Shown: positions 50,887-61,555 of the stretch, piece after piece
Numbering within the stretch: position 1 is the stretch's first letter
Layout: each line of letters begins with the position of its first letter
NCBI GenBank assembly: GCA_030603445.1
Contig: JAUVXU010000010.1
Span: 355-64,354 of the forward strand
Direction of reading: 5' to 3'
From: Methanomicrobia archaeon
GTDB taxonomy: Archaea; Methanobacteriota_B; Thermococci; Methanofastidiosales; NM3
Length of the DNA: 64,000 nt
Notes under the pieces: generated by a model
What the model was told of the DNA's origin: nothing
Databases searched by the model: none
What the model saw: only the letters and a program-made list of their open reading frames with translations
Translations under genes and position numbers: made by a program

Positions 50887-53106
50887 TTACATCTCAGAGA
50901 TCAGTGCTAGGGCAGCGACTGCTGTTGCGTCCCTGTCCATACCTGCTACGATTAGGACATCCTTGCCCACAGCGTACACATCCTCAATGAGCTCAAACTC
51001 TCCTTCTGAAGTGTCCCACTTCTCGAAGGTTGTGTATTCGAGGTCAACGAGTTCCTGCACTATTGCGTTTGCAACTGGTCCGCCTATCAGCACGAGGTTG
51101 TACTCCTGCTTCATGTCGGTCGTGATGTTCTCGTCAAGCTTGACAAGTGACTCTGGTTCGATGTCGACGTATACCTTGGTTACTGTTGGGTCGAGTGCGA
51201 CCTTCCTGTAGATGTCAATTGCACCGTCTATTGCGTAGTCTGTGTGGTCTGTGTCGGTCACCTTGAGGGTGAAGTAGTTGTCTCCATCACAATCCGCAAG
51301 TTCTACTATAAGCTCATCGTCGCAAAGGCCAGCGAGTTCCACTGGGGTTGCAAGCCATAGTTCTAGAATTGGCCTGCATATCCGATCAGCTACTGTTATA
51401 ACATCCGCGCCATCCCTAGCGAGATTATTGTAGAAATTTCCTAAGTAAGCAAAGAAGTCGTCGTCTGCAACAGTTACACCTACAATATCGCCATATATAT
51501 TAAGATCGTCTGTTCTATCATAGTTTGGATTTCCTTCATCCCAAAGTGCTATCAGGTTGTCTTTGTCTATGACAGCAGTCCCATCGGCGTTCCAATCTAC
51601 ATTATCATTTGGTATGATATCAAAGTACCACTCGAGGTCGCCTACCTTGATTGCTGGCTCTATTGCTGGATCGCATGGTCCTGGGTATACCTGCTCGCGT
51701 AGGACTCCGTAGTCCTCTAGTGTGTAAGCGTGGTATTCCACCATGTAGTTTCCTGCTGCGCCGATCATCGTCTTAACAAAGTTGACAGCAAATACAACTT
51801 CTCCTGCAGGTTCTCCTTCTAGTCCTATTAAATCAATCTGACCTTCCAACTCATCTCCGCAAAGCGAATATACATTAAATGAGTCTAGAACAAAAGCAAT
51901 GCAGTCGTTCTCTTCGTTGCCACTCGTGTCGCCAGGTATTCCTCCATCCCACATGTCTCCTTCTCCTTGTGAAGGTACTTGGGATGTGTAGGTGTCTATG
52001 ACTACCATGTAGTGGTTGTCATTTCCATCTGGGTCCGTGATTATGATGTCTGCCTTGTTCTCGTAGATTCCGAGATCGTTGATGGTAAGTGTCCATCCGT
52101 TGAAGTACTCCTTTGACTCTCCGACGTATAGCTTCTCCTCAATAAACCACTTTGGAGTTCCATAGAACATGTAGTCGTATCCATCTGCATCAGTGTCAAA
52201 GGACAATGCATCGTAGTTCTCTCCAAGGAAAAACACATCACATGACTCGCAGTACAGTTGTACTTCTTCTAGACCGTTATCATCGCATGTTCCATATGCC
52301 TCTGATTCTGGACCGACAACTGCCCACCAAGTGACAAAGTCAAGATTCTCAACACCAGTCACGATTGTCCGGTACTCTATACCGCCTAGAGGGTCGCATG
52401 GGTCTTGTGGGTTAGTGTATGGGTTTGGTACTCCCCAGTAGTGGCGTGGGTAGATGTTAGGGTAGGTCTCGCATTCATTCAACACAGGTGCGGTGCCTTT
52501 AACCTGTACACAAGCAGCAGAGCAAGCTACGCAAAGCTCTGCAGAGCACTCGAGGTTTCTTAATGAGAAGTCTACCGTTATTGCTTCATATGAACAGAGC
52601 GTATCTACAAGGAAGTTCTCGTCTGCTGCGTTAAATCCCGTCCATGGGTCAACGTAGACATCGTAGTCCCACAACATATCATCTGTTCCACAGTCGTAAG
52701 GTAATACCACCCAAGACTCTGCATCAACTGCAGTTGCCGATACAGCCTGGAAATCATTGAAAAATGCATCTCCATCTAATCCATAAACGCCAACATCTAT
52801 GTAGTTGATCACTTTCTCTTCAAAAATGCTTCCGGTTCCATCATAGGTCACACCAGGGAAGTCCCAGTTCTCTGTGACGTCTTCGTAATAAGCCATTGTT
52901 CCGACCTTTGCTGACACGAATGCTGCAGAAACAACATCCGCCGCAGCTGCGCCGGATCCAACGACGATCAAACAGTTGTTAAGTCCGTTTGTCTCGTCGA
53001 TGAAAAAAGTACTGTCTAGCGTATCGGCGGAAGCAACTGCTCCTGCAAATGTTGCACCAAGCAAAGCTGCGCCTGCTAAAACTGCTCCAACTCTTTTCAA
53101 CTTCAT
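50887..53106 (-). CDS. S-layer protein (paralog 1)
   Basis: MKLKRVGA signal, IVVGSGAAAADVVSA, NLVLIGGPVAN, VAGMDRDAT. Confidence 0.9.
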   Translation of the reverse strand: MKLKRVGAVLAGAALLGATFAGAVASADTLDSTFFIDETNGLNNCLIVVGSGAAAADVVSAAFVSAKVGTMAYYEDVTENWDFPGVTYDGTGSIFEEKVINYIDVGVYGLDGDAFFNDFQAVSATAVDAESWVVLPYDCGTDDMLWDYDVYVDPWTGFNAADENFLVDTLCSYEAITVDFSLRNLECSAELCVACSAACVQVKGTAPVLNECETYPNIYPRHYWGVPNPYTNPQDPCDPLGGIEYRTIVTGVENLDFVTWWAVVGPESEAYGTCDDNGLEEVQLYCESCDVFFLGENYDALSFDTDADGYDYMFYGTPKWFIEEKLYVGESKEYFNGWTLTINDLGIYENKADIIITDPDGNDNHYMVVIDTYTSQVPSQGEGDMWDGGIPGDTSGNEENDCIAFVLDSFNVYSLCGDELEGQIDLIGLEGEPAGEVVFAVNFVKTMIGAAGNYMVEYHAYTLEDYGVLREQVYPGPCDPAIEPAIKVGDLEWYFDIIPNDNVDWNADGTAVIDKDNLIALWDEGNPNYDRTDDLNIYGDIVGVTVADDDFFAYLGNFYNNLARDGADVITVADRICRPILELWLATPVELAGLCDDELIVELADCDGDNYFTLKVTDTDHTDYAIDGAIDIYRKVALDPTVTKVYVDIEPESLVKLDENITTDMKQEYNLVLIGGPVANAIVQELVDLEYTTFEKWDTSEGEFELIEDVYAVGKDVLIVAGMDRDATAVAALALISEM

Positions 53107-53441
53107 AATTCCACCTTAGTTTATTTTACCGAGATTTTTCTAAATCTCTTAGAGATAATTAGGACAAGCATATATAAAATTATCGCTTGCAAAAGGCTAG
53201 TATATACATCAAAAGGTATCGTTTTATGGTAATTATACCTTTAACTTAATAGTACTAGTAATTTATTGGTATTTCATAAACTTAAAAACATAAATATTAT
53301 TGACAATATTCTATTCATATTTTAATGCTAATATTAATAAAAAAATAATAAATGAAAAGACATCTTTTTTACTCTCTTCGCAAGCGCCGGGACAAAACCT
53401 AACTAAAATTAAAAGAAATAATATAAAAAAAAAGAAAACGC

Positions 53442-54242
53442 CTAATTTTCCTTAGGGGCCAGATCATGTTTCTTTATAGTGATATAGTTCGTTATATCAG
53501 TCACAAGCGACGAGACATTAATAGCAAGATTCTGGATATCAAGTAAAGATATAGAAAGGACCGAAGGGTGCTCAAGCGTCATTGCAATCGGACTAAAGCG
53601 CAAAGCTATCTCAAAGAGCGTCTCTACATCCGGTATAAGGATATCGATAGCTGCAAGGCCCATAAATCCGTTGGACTGGTCCCCTTCCTCTTTAAGCTTC
53701 ATAGTATTTACATATGCGCCCAGTACGTTAAGAACACGCAACGTGTCGCGCTTTATTAGCTCCTCGTCCCCGGCAACCTTTGTAACGAACTTATAGTGGA
53801 TATACCCCTCATCGATAAACTCATCGTACGCATCCTCATCGATTCCTGGCTCTTTTTGTGTTTCGTCCCCAAACTGCGTCTTTGGCATTGGCAGCCTGAC
53901 GCCTGCGGACTGGCAGCATGTCCCGATGACCTTGCACATATCACCGATAAGATACATTGCCTCTTTTGCCGTAAGCTCCTTCTCAGCATCGGTCACTTCT
54001 AGTGTGGAAGGCGTGACCCGCATACAGAGGCGCAAAAATTCCCGAAGAGGCATATCAACGTCGACTTCTGCAAAAGAAGAGTAAGTTTTCGTTTCCTCTC
54101 CATCCTCCTCTTCCTCGGACACGTCCTGCCCCGTTATGTTGACCTTGGATTCTTTCATCTCAACTATAAGGTCTTCTAATGATCTGCTGGCGGCTCCAGG
54201 GATATTCGCCTGGGCCTCGATGAACAAGGTAGCTTTTACCAT
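53442..54242 (-). CDS. conserved hypothetical protein with internal duplication
   Basis: Two similar halves (SSFAEVD...MRVTPSTLEV and MGLAAID...LRFSPIAMTL). Confidence 0.6.
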   Translation of the reverse strand: MVKATLFIEAQANIPGAASRSLEDLIVEMKESKVNITGQDVSEEEEDGEETKTYSSFAEVDVDMPLREFLRLCMRVTPSTLEVTDAEKELTAKEAMYLIGDMCKVIGTCCQSAGVRLPMPKTQFGDETQKEPGIDEDAYDEFIDEGYIHYKFVTKVAGDEELIKRDTLRVLNVLGAYVNTMKLKEEGDQSNGFMGLAAIDILIPDVETLFEIALRFSPIAMTLEHPSVLSISLLDIQNLAINVSSLVTDITNYITIKKHDLAPKEN

Positions 54243-54276
54243 ATATCCTAAAACACGACGCCCCCTTTATAAGTTT

Positions 54277-55242
54277 TTACCATGTCCCATATATTTTACA
54301 GCCGCAGTTGGGGCATTTTCCAGAGAAGTTGAGGGTAGAGACGACATAACCGCTCCTTTTTATAAGAAGCTCCTTGCAAGAGGGGCAGTGCGTATCCGAA
54401 CTTCGTTCCCAGACGTTTCCGATATAGACGTATCGTATGCCTTTTTCTTTTGCAATCAATGCGGCCCTGTCAAGTGACTCTATTGGCGTGGGGGGGGCAT
54501 CAGGCATCTTAAAGTAAGGGAAGAAGCGGGAGAAGTGCAGTGGTATGTCAGGCGATATCAAGACAAGCTCATCGCAAAGCGGGGCGATGTCGTTATGGCC
54601 GGGCACGATAAGATGTGTTACCTCCACATGCACCCCTGAATCATGCATCGCCCTGACAGTTTCCATCGTGTTCTTGTAAGGGGCGTGGCAAAGCGACGAA
54701 TAGAATTCCTTTCCCCCTTTCACATCGATATTAGCAGCATCAATAAAGGACAAAAGCTCATCCAAGGGCTCTTCGTTTATGTATCCATTTGAGACTAGAA
54801 CGTTGTAGCCATCATTTGCGCGCGAGGCATCTATCACGAACTCTATCCATGTGACAGGCTCAGAGTACGTGTACGCAATTCCTTTGCAGCCGTATAGATG
54901 CGATTTTGCAACAACCTCATCAGGAGAAAGATTAACAGAAGGAGGGGAGTCGCTTTGGGATATCTCGTAGTTTTGGCAAAAGTCGCAGGCAAGATTGCAC
55001 CCATAAGTCCCGACAGAAAAGGCATTTGAACCAGGTTTGAAGTGATAAAGAGGTTTTTTCTCTATAGGGTCCGGATTAGCTGCAGTTACCATCCCGTAAG
55101 ACTCACTTATAAGGACGCCGTCGTGATTTACCCTTCCTTTGCAAAATCCTTTTTTCCCAGAAGAAATTACGCATGCTCGCGGGCAAAGCGCGCAGCAGAC
55201 CTTCTTGTCCTCCCTACATTCCCAAAACATTGCTTCTTTCAT
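54277..55242 (-). CDS. amrS: AmmeMemoRadiSam radical SAM enzyme
   Basis: CALCPRAC, DPIEKKPLYHF, GCNLACDFCQN, HFSRFFP, YVYIGNV. Confidence 0.9.
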   Translation of the reverse strand: MKEAMFWECREDKKVCCALCPRACVISSGKKGFCKGRVNHDGVLISESYGMVTAANPDPIEKKPLYHFKPGSNAFSVGTYGCNLACDFCQNYEISQSDSPPSVNLSPDEVVAKSHLYGCKGIAYTYSEPVTWIEFVIDASRANDGYNVLVSNGYINEEPLDELLSFIDAANIDVKGGKEFYSSLCHAPYKNTMETVRAMHDSGVHVEVTHLIVPGHNDIAPLCDELVLISPDIPLHFSRFFPYFKMPDAPPTPIESLDRAALIAKEKGIRYVYIGNVWERSSDTHCPSCKELLIKRSGYVVSTLNFSGKCPNCGCKIYGTW

Positions 55243-55564
55243 CTAAGTTATATATTAGGGCTTATATTATTTAACTTCTTTTTCTCCTGTTCCAACATCC
55301 TTCGCATCCAGAGTGGAGTATTCCCATCAAAAAAAAAACCATTTTCTTGCGCGACATTCTGCCCTGTGCTGGAATGCTCCAAATTTCGTACTTATCCATC
55401 ATGCTTTTTATCCACAAAGGGATTTCCTTATCTTCACCGGTATTTGTAATGAAAAAACTCGCAAGGATTTGGAATGTCGAATGTTTATAGAGGACATCAG
55501 AAAATTTGGAAAAACTTAACACAAGCGTTAAGTATAAATAACATAATCCTTAATAGAATATCAA

Positions 55565-55947
55565 ATGAGAAAAGAAGTTGAAAACTGGTGGAAACAGGCA
55601 AATAGAGACCTGTTAAGTGCAGAAAATGCATTCAAATCGAAAGATTATTATGTGGCAGCATTTCTTTGTCAACAAAGCGTAGAGAAAGGGTTAAAAGCTT
55701 TATATATTAAAAAAAGAAAAGAATCTCCGGGAGCAGTGCATTCTTTAATTTATCTAGGTAAAAACACTAAAATCCTAACAAATTTTACAGTGCATTAAGA
55801 AGATTGAATCCTGATTTTGTAATAACAAGATATCCTGACGCTGCGCATGGCCTTCCTTATGATCTTTATGATGAAGAAATAGCAAAAGAGAGAATAGATC
55901 TAACTAAAAAAGTGATGGAATGGATAAAAGAGAAGTTAGAGAAATAG
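55565..55947 (+). pseudogene. HEPN-domain protein, 1-nt frameshift near 55773
   Basis: WWKQANRDL...QQSVEKGLKA...HSL, continuing in another frame as PNKFYSALRRLNPDFVITRYPDA...EWIKEKLEK*. Confidence 0.8.
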
Positions 55948-56231
55948 AAGATTTTTTGAATAATCTGAGGAGTGCGTACGCCCCAGAAAAGATAATACTA
56001 TTTGGCTCAAGAGCTAGAGGGGACAATTTGAAGCAAAGCGATTATGATTTGATGGTGGTGAGCAGGAAGTTTGAAAATATCCATTTTCTTGAAAGAATAT
56101 CCAAACTACTGGAACTCTGGACCTATGATGTTGATGTAGATATACTCCCATATACCCCTGAGGAGTTTGAAGATAAGAAGAAGGAGATTGGCATAGTCTC
56201 GCAAGCCGTGAAAGAAGGGATTGAAGTATAA
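55920..56231 (+). CDS. minimal nucleotidyltransferase (MNT antitoxin)
   Basis: LFGSRARG...SDYDLMVV...VDILPYTPEE. Confidence 0.9.
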   Translation: MDKREVREIEDFLNNLRSAYAPEKIILFGSRARGDNLKQSDYDLMVVSRKFENIHFLERISKLLELWTYDVDVDILPYTPEEFEDKKKEIGIVSQAVKEGIEV

Positions 56232-56557
56232 GTGAGATAAAGATGTCAGAATAGATTAAATATATCCATTTTTTTGTTCCCCAATAAATTGATTAATAAA
56301 TTTATGAAGAGTGCGGTTCTCGTTTTTATCTGTTAGTATGGAATGATATATTCATAATTCCCTGAACAGATTCATAACAAGTATCGCTACAAAAATCTGT
56401 TTCTATAACACTATTTTTTAAATTCTGAGAAGAATTATTTACATATTGATTTTTTATTAAATTTTATTGATTTAAGTGATAAAAAACTTCAACAAGAAAC
56501 TATTGATAGGATAAAAGGCGAGTTTGATTTTTTAAAGAAAGATATTGAAAATAGATA

Positions 56558-56662
56558 TTAAAATGGTTTTGTTCTACCATCAACAACCTGTCTTATACCT
56601 AAAACTAGCTCTTTGACAAGTTTATTCTGTTCTTTTAAATTTTTCAATTCTTCCTCTGACAT
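56558..56662 (-). CDS. 34-aa antitoxin-like fragment
   Basis: MSEEELKNLKEQNKLVKELVLGIRQVVDGRTKPF; AT-rich islet. Confidence 0.3.
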   Translation of the reverse strand: MSEEELKNLKEQNKLVKELVLGIRQVVDGRTKPF

Positions 56663-56838
56663 ATTTACTATTGGTAATTATTGATTTATAAAACATTGCT
56701 TTTAACATATTTATCCTATTATTTTGTCAGAACATGGAGAAGTAAAGATAACTATCTGATTTATATCAAACCCAATATCAAGTTGTATAAACCGGTTTAA
56801 TATGTTAACCAAGGGTAATAAAATAAATAAGAAACCCC

Positions 56839-58029
56839 TTAATTCAAAAACTTCTTGAACTTCAAGAGGAGCTTGACATTGGTCTTTGCGACCGCCTTTA
56901 GAAGCTCTACCTCATTTAATGTCTCGAAGTCGCACTTTAGCATCGATCTTGCGGCATCGTCTAGTTCCTTGTCCGACATGGAAACAAGGACCTCCTGCGC
57001 CCTGAAGAAAAGCTCCAGGCTCTTGCCAAAGTCATCTTTCCACAACTCTTGGTAGCGCATAAGGTATTCTTTACCAAAATTGTTCGCAGAAACAGCCTCT
57101 GCTGCTATTTTCCCCGCATACTTTCCAGACACTATCGCTGTAGTTATTCCTCCGCCTGTAAGCGGGTTTACCACTCTGGCGGCATCTCCTACCAAAAGGA
57201 TGCTGTCCCCATACGTCTCCTTGAGCGGCCTTGACACAGGCACCCCGCCTGCATTGAGCTCCACGAAGCGCGCACCCTTCATCCGAGGCGTCTCGAGGAA
57301 CTTGTCAAGATAGTATTTTGCATTTTTATCGGTAAGCGAGGGTATTATCCCGATGCCGACGTTTGCCGTGTCCTCGCTTTTAGGAAATATCCACACGTAC
57401 CCTCCAGGGGCCACGTCTTTCCCAAAATACATCTCGATAGCGTCATCAAGCCCCATTCCGGTCATCTCATACTGCACGCATGATTCAATGTGCTTTAGAG
57501 GGATGAATGTCTTTATGCCAAAGAACGGCCCGACGCGAGAAGCAACACCATCGGCCGCAATTATCATCTTGGCATCTATTGTAACATCCTCCCCGAACTG
57601 CCTTGCATGCACGCGCATCATTCCATTCTCCAAACGCTCGCCGGTAACAAAACGGGTCTTGAGGTGCAGTTCCACACCTTCTATAACAGCAAAAGTTGCA
57701 AGGTCCTTGTCAAAGACCTTCCTATCAAGCACAAAACCGAACTTTGCCTTTGCAACGCGCTCATCATTTAAGTCGACAACATGTCCGGAAGGGGACACTA
57801 GCCTGACATAAGGCACGTTTCGGGATATCCAGCGTGGGTTTGGCTCAATCTCAAGCTTCTCAAAAACGCTCTCAGAAACTCCTTCAGCGCACTGTATCGG
57901 CGTTCCTATCTCGGCACGCTTGTCTATGGCTATGACCTTTGCACCACCCTTTACCGCATACCTTGCAGCAGTAGAGCCTCCGGGCCCCATGCCAACGACC
58001 AGTATGTCACACGTTAGTTTTTTACTCAT
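56839..58029 (-). CDS. digeranylgeranylglycerophospholipid reductase (GGR)
   Basis: GMGPGG, PIQCAEG, DRKVFDK, PGGYVWIFPK, GDAA, PLTGGGI. Confidence 0.93.
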   Translation of the reverse strand: MSKKLTCDILVVGMGPGGSTAARYAVKGGAKVIAIDKRAEIGTPIQCAEGVSESVFEKLEIEPNPRWISRNVPYVRLVSPSGHVVDLNDERVAKAKFGFVLDRKVFDKDLATFAVIEGVELHLKTRFVTGERLENGMMRVHARQFGEDVTIDAKMIIAADGVASRVGPFFGIKTFIPLKHIESCVQYEMTGMGLDDAIEMYFGKDVAPGGYVWIFPKSEDTANVGIGIIPSLTDKNAKYYLDKFLETPRMKGARFVELNAGGVPVSRPLKETYGDSILLVGDAARVVNPLTGGGITTAIVSGKYAGKIAAEAVSANNFGKEYLMRYQELWKDDFGKSLELFFRAQEVLVSMSDKELDDAARSMLKCDFETLNEVELLKAVAKTNVKLLLKFKKFLN

Positions 58030-58180
58030 ACAAAGCCCCCAGAGGGCATGCGCGGGCGCATATCCCACAATCGTTGCATTCTGAAATAATAATGTCTGCC
58101 TCGGTTACCTCTATATTTTGTGTCGGGCACACTGCAGCGCACGTCTGGCATAGCATGCAAAGCTCTTTGTTAACGTTCAT
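58022..58180 (-). CDS. 2x[4Fe-4S] ferredoxin
   Basis: CMLCQTCAAVCP and CNDCGICARACP, 52 aa, overlaps the GGR start. Not in ORF track. Confidence 0.9.
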   Translation of the reverse strand: MNVNKELCMLCQTCAAVCPTQNIEVTEADIIISECNDCGICARACPLGALYE

Positions 58181-58199
58181 GTGGCCACCTTCGTTCTCA

Positions 58200-59210
58200 T
58201 CATAAGTTAAAAAGATTATTTAGGTAGTAGAAGAACCCTTCTCCCTTAAACTCCCATCCGTCCCCATATAAAACTGACTGCAGGATAATGACATATGGAC
58301 CATCATCCTCTACGGATACGTCCAGTTCACCACCCATTGCCGCAGTATACGTATCTACAAATGCCCTGATATTTGCTGCAACAGATGATGCATCCTCGCT
58401 GCTGCAAAGCTCAAGAAGTGTTGTTGAGTGCAGCTCGCTATTTGAAAAGCTAAATCCTGTCCCCATTGACGTTATGCCCCCCATTTCAGGCAGTCCAGTC
58501 TGGGCAGAGCTATCAAGCCCCATCGCAATTACTGCTTCTTTGGAGAAGAAAAGCTTCATCTGGGAATCTGACATGACATCCAAAAAATATGCAAATGAAT
58601 CCGAGTCCCCAAGGGAGCTGGCATTTCCGAAATAAGCATCGATGCATGCACCAAGGCCCTTTATGTCCCCATAAAGCAGAACATCATCAAACCATAAATA
58701 TCCCTTGTCCTCATCTATATAGTAGACATCCGCGCCGCCTACATCATGGGGGGATGATTCCAAGAAACGTTCCTCAAGCAAAGACTGGACCGCAGGCCTA
58801 TCAAAAGTGACAAACGCCAATACAATATTATCCTGGCCCCCTCCTTGGCTAAATACCATGACCTTGTCGACATAGCATTTGAATATGGAATCGTTGTCCC
58901 ATACTGCCGCGCTCATGCTATGATTTAAATAAGGGGACATATTATCGAAAAACTCCCCATATTCCATTTCTGCATAAAACAGCGCCCCGGAAGGGACGAA
59001 GTCGTTGCCCGATGAGCTCTCGCTAGAGAGATACAGCCCTATGGCAAGGGCAATAATTATAACAAGGGCAACAGCCCCCAAATACTTGGCAAGATTCATC
59101 TGCCTGGGAGCCTTCCCGTAATAGTTCAAAAGATAACCGCAATGCGGGCACATGCCCACCTTATCAGAAATAACCCTATCGCAACTGGGGCAATTCAAGT
59201 ATATCACCAA
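58200..59210 (-). CDS. zinc-ribbon, single TM, extracellular domain protein
   Basis: CPSC...CPHCG followed by a TM helix. Confidence 0.6.
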   Translation of the reverse strand: MVIYLNCPSCDRVISDKVGMCPHCGYLLNYYGKAPRQMNLAKYLGAVALVIIIALAIGLYLSSESSSGNDFVPSGALFYAEMEYGEFFDNMSPYLNHSMSAAVWDNDSIFKCYVDKVMVFSQGGGQDNIVLAFVTFDRPAVQSLLEERFLESSPHDVGGADVYYIDEDKGYLWFDDVLLYGDIKGLGACIDAYFGNASSLGDSDSFAYFLDVMSDSQMKLFFSKEAVIAMGLDSSAQTGLPEMGGITSMGTGFSFSNSELHSTTLLELCSSEDASSVAANIRAFVDTYTAAMGGELDVSVEDDGPYVIILQSVLYGDGWEFKGEGFFYYLNNLFNL

Positions 59211-59328
59211 CGCTCACTTTTTTACAAGTACTTTTATAATTTATGGTAAAAAAAGAGCTACGAGGGAAAAACTCTGATTTTAATTTACCACAAAACTTAT
59301 TAAGATACATTTTTAAGAAATATTTTTA

Positions 59329-59997
59329 ATGAAAGATGTTATTGTTTTGAAAAATCCCGTACTTCAGGGGATACTAAACGTTTTACGTGAAAAGAGTACT
59401 GATTCTACTGATTTTAGGAGAAATCTCCGCTACGCCGGCTATCTGATGACCTACGAGATAGTCGGAAGGGAATGCGACACTAAAAACATCGATGTATCAA
59501 CGGTGTTTGAGGATATAAAGGGCGTTATAATAGATGAGAGGATACTGCAAATAATAGTTATGCGAGCAGGCCTCCCGTTCACCGAGGGCGGATCGCGAGT
59601 ACTTGACGAGGTCAAGTCAAAGAGAGAGATAGGAGTAGTGGACGCCAAAAGAATAGAGAAGGGCGGGCTTGACATGGAGATAGAGATAAGCTCGTTTAAG
59701 GTACCAGAGATAAAAGAAAATGGGATAGTAGTAATATACGACCCAATGGTGGCAACAGCATCAACTATCGTAGAAGTAATAAACAGGCTTCCAAACAAGG
59801 AGCGTGCAAAGAAGATAATCGTGTGCTCAATTCTCTCAACGCCTTACGGCATAATGAAGCTACGCGAAAACTTCGGAAGCAGCCTTCACATCTACACCCT
59901 TGCAATTGACAACGGGGCAAAGGACGGCCTGGATGAAAATGGGTACATAGTCCCCGGCCTGGGGGATTGCGGCGACAGGGCATTTGGAACGTATTAG
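59329..59997 (+). CDS. upp: uracil phosphoribosyltransferase
   Basis: MRAG, DPMVATAST, YIVPGLGDCGDRAFG. Confidence 0.93.
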   Translation: MKDVIVLKNPVLQGILNVLREKSTDSTDFRRNLRYAGYLMTYEIVGRECDTKNIDVSTVFEDIKGVIIDERILQIIVMRAGLPFTEGGSRVLDEVKSKREIGVVDAKRIEKGGLDMEIEISSFKVPEIKENGIVVIYDPMVATASTIVEVINRLPNKERAKKIIVCSILSTPYGIMKLRENFGSSLHIYTLAIDNGAKDGLDENGYIVPGLGDCGDRAFGTY

Positions 59998-60136
59998 AAA
60001 AGTGTGTAATCCCATATAATGAACCAGATTGAAATTCGTATAGATGCTTTATTTCATGAACGCTATGGAAAAGTAAATAATTCAAACAAAATTGAATATT
60101 CTAAAAAATAGAGAAATAAAAAAGAATAGGGAAGCG

Positions 60137-61204
60137 TTAGATGCATTCGCACCCTAGCGCTTCGCTTATATTCTTCATTAGTTTTATTGCTTTTACAAGC
60201 TCGCCGTTAGAGTATATCGGATTTGAAAGAGATGTTGCGTTTGCCATATGTGCTTGCGCTTCATCTATCATTTCCTGGACGTCTTCTGGTATCTCTTCTG
60301 GCAGGCATGTTACAATACATGTCCAAAGCTCATTGGCAGTATTATATTGTGCTAAAGCAAGTGGTTTTGTTATTGCAAGGATGCTGACATTATTCTGAGG
60401 ATAATCCTGGGGCCTTAAAGGAGGGTCTTCCACAGAGATAAATGACATCGCTTCAATTAATACAAAGGTATCAAGTGCATCATCCGATGCATCAGCTATA
60501 GCTAGTTTCATATGATTGACAAGTCCCGGATTGACCGGTGCCACGGCGTTCAGTATATATGAAAAACCATCCATTCCTGTGTCATAAGGGGTATTTGTGT
60601 CGCTAGGATCATTGTTTCGGTAATATTGGCTGTTTACATACAAATTAATGTTGTTTATTGATACAGGAAGCCCATTTGAAAATACTGCATAATTAACGTC
60701 ATTTACAAAAAAACCGAATGGATCATTATATTCGCCAACATATTCATTATATTCCTCAGAACCAAACACATATCTTAGGACCACATAAGGATGCTCAGGT
60801 ATGAAATCAAATTCAAGCACGGTGGCATCGTAAGATACCTCTGGTGCAATGATTGTGTTTAGGTCTGCATCGCCTGGCAGTCCATTTTCTTGTGTTGCAT
60901 CGTCATCTATATTTGGGCCAATTATATGTGCAATATTTCCAGAAGATAACACCAGACCACCGTCAAATCCGAATATGGATACGCCACCAGAAAAAAATCC
61001 TGCTGAAGAATCAATGCCAATATAACTGATGTTTGCAATACCTGTAACGCCGGACCCAATGCCAACTAAGGAATTTACCATAGCAGTTGGCGTGACCCCG
61101 TCCCCCATATCCTGAGTAGTGATCGTCGCAGCAGAAACGGGGGTTATCACAAACAATGATAACATGAAAATGGATATTATAAATATACTTACTTCTCTTT
61201 TCAT
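60137..61204 (-). CDS. secreted choice-of-anchor L-like protein with shared C-terminal tail
   Basis: GLVLSSG, DATVLEFDF, YVFGSEEYNEY, YNDPFGFF, KLAIAD; tail ends ...EALGCECI. Confidence 0.8.
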   Translation of the reverse strand: MKREVSIFIISIFMLSLFVITPVSAATITTQDMGDGVTPTAMVNSLVGIGSGVTGIANISYIGIDSSAGFFSGGVSIFGFDGGLVLSSGNIAHIIGPNIDDDATQENGLPGDADLNTIIAPEVSYDATVLEFDFIPEHPYVVLRYVFGSEEYNEYVGEYNDPFGFFVNDVNYAVFSNGLPVSINNINLYVNSQYYRNNDPSDTNTPYDTGMDGFSYILNAVAPVNPGLVNHMKLAIADASDDALDTFVLIEAMSFISVEDPPLRPQDYPQNNVSILAITKPLALAQYNTANELWTCIVTCLPEEIPEDVQEMIDEAQAHMANATSLSNPIYSNGELVKAIKLMKNISEALGCECI

Positions 61205-61349
61205 TAAAGCCACAACATTATTTTTACTTAATTTTGTTATATAAAGTTTTTCCAATAATTATCCATTTATCATATCGTTCCTGTAGAAAATACCCATCAA
61301 TACTATTTAGAATTTTTTATAATTTCATTATTTTATTGTGTCTTTTGTA

Positions 61350-61500
61350 ATTCTAACTTACTCCATTCCATAATCAACTTTCTCATTTTGTATTTATGAT
61401 ATTAATTTTTTCCATCCACCTTTTATTTAACTCTAGAGTTAATTTCTTGACTTTATAATTATAATACTGGCTTTTTAACACTTCTTTTCACGTGTTTTGT
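61350..61500 (-). promoter_or_regulatory. conserved upstream element of tail-family genes (distal part, copy 2)
   Basis: attccataatcaactttctcattttgta and tttttaacactt...gtgtttt match 14725-14795. Confidence 0.55.
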
Positions 61501-61555
61501 CATATTAATCTGTTAAAAAATAGAGAATTAGAAAAGAAAGAAAAGTAGAGCTAGA

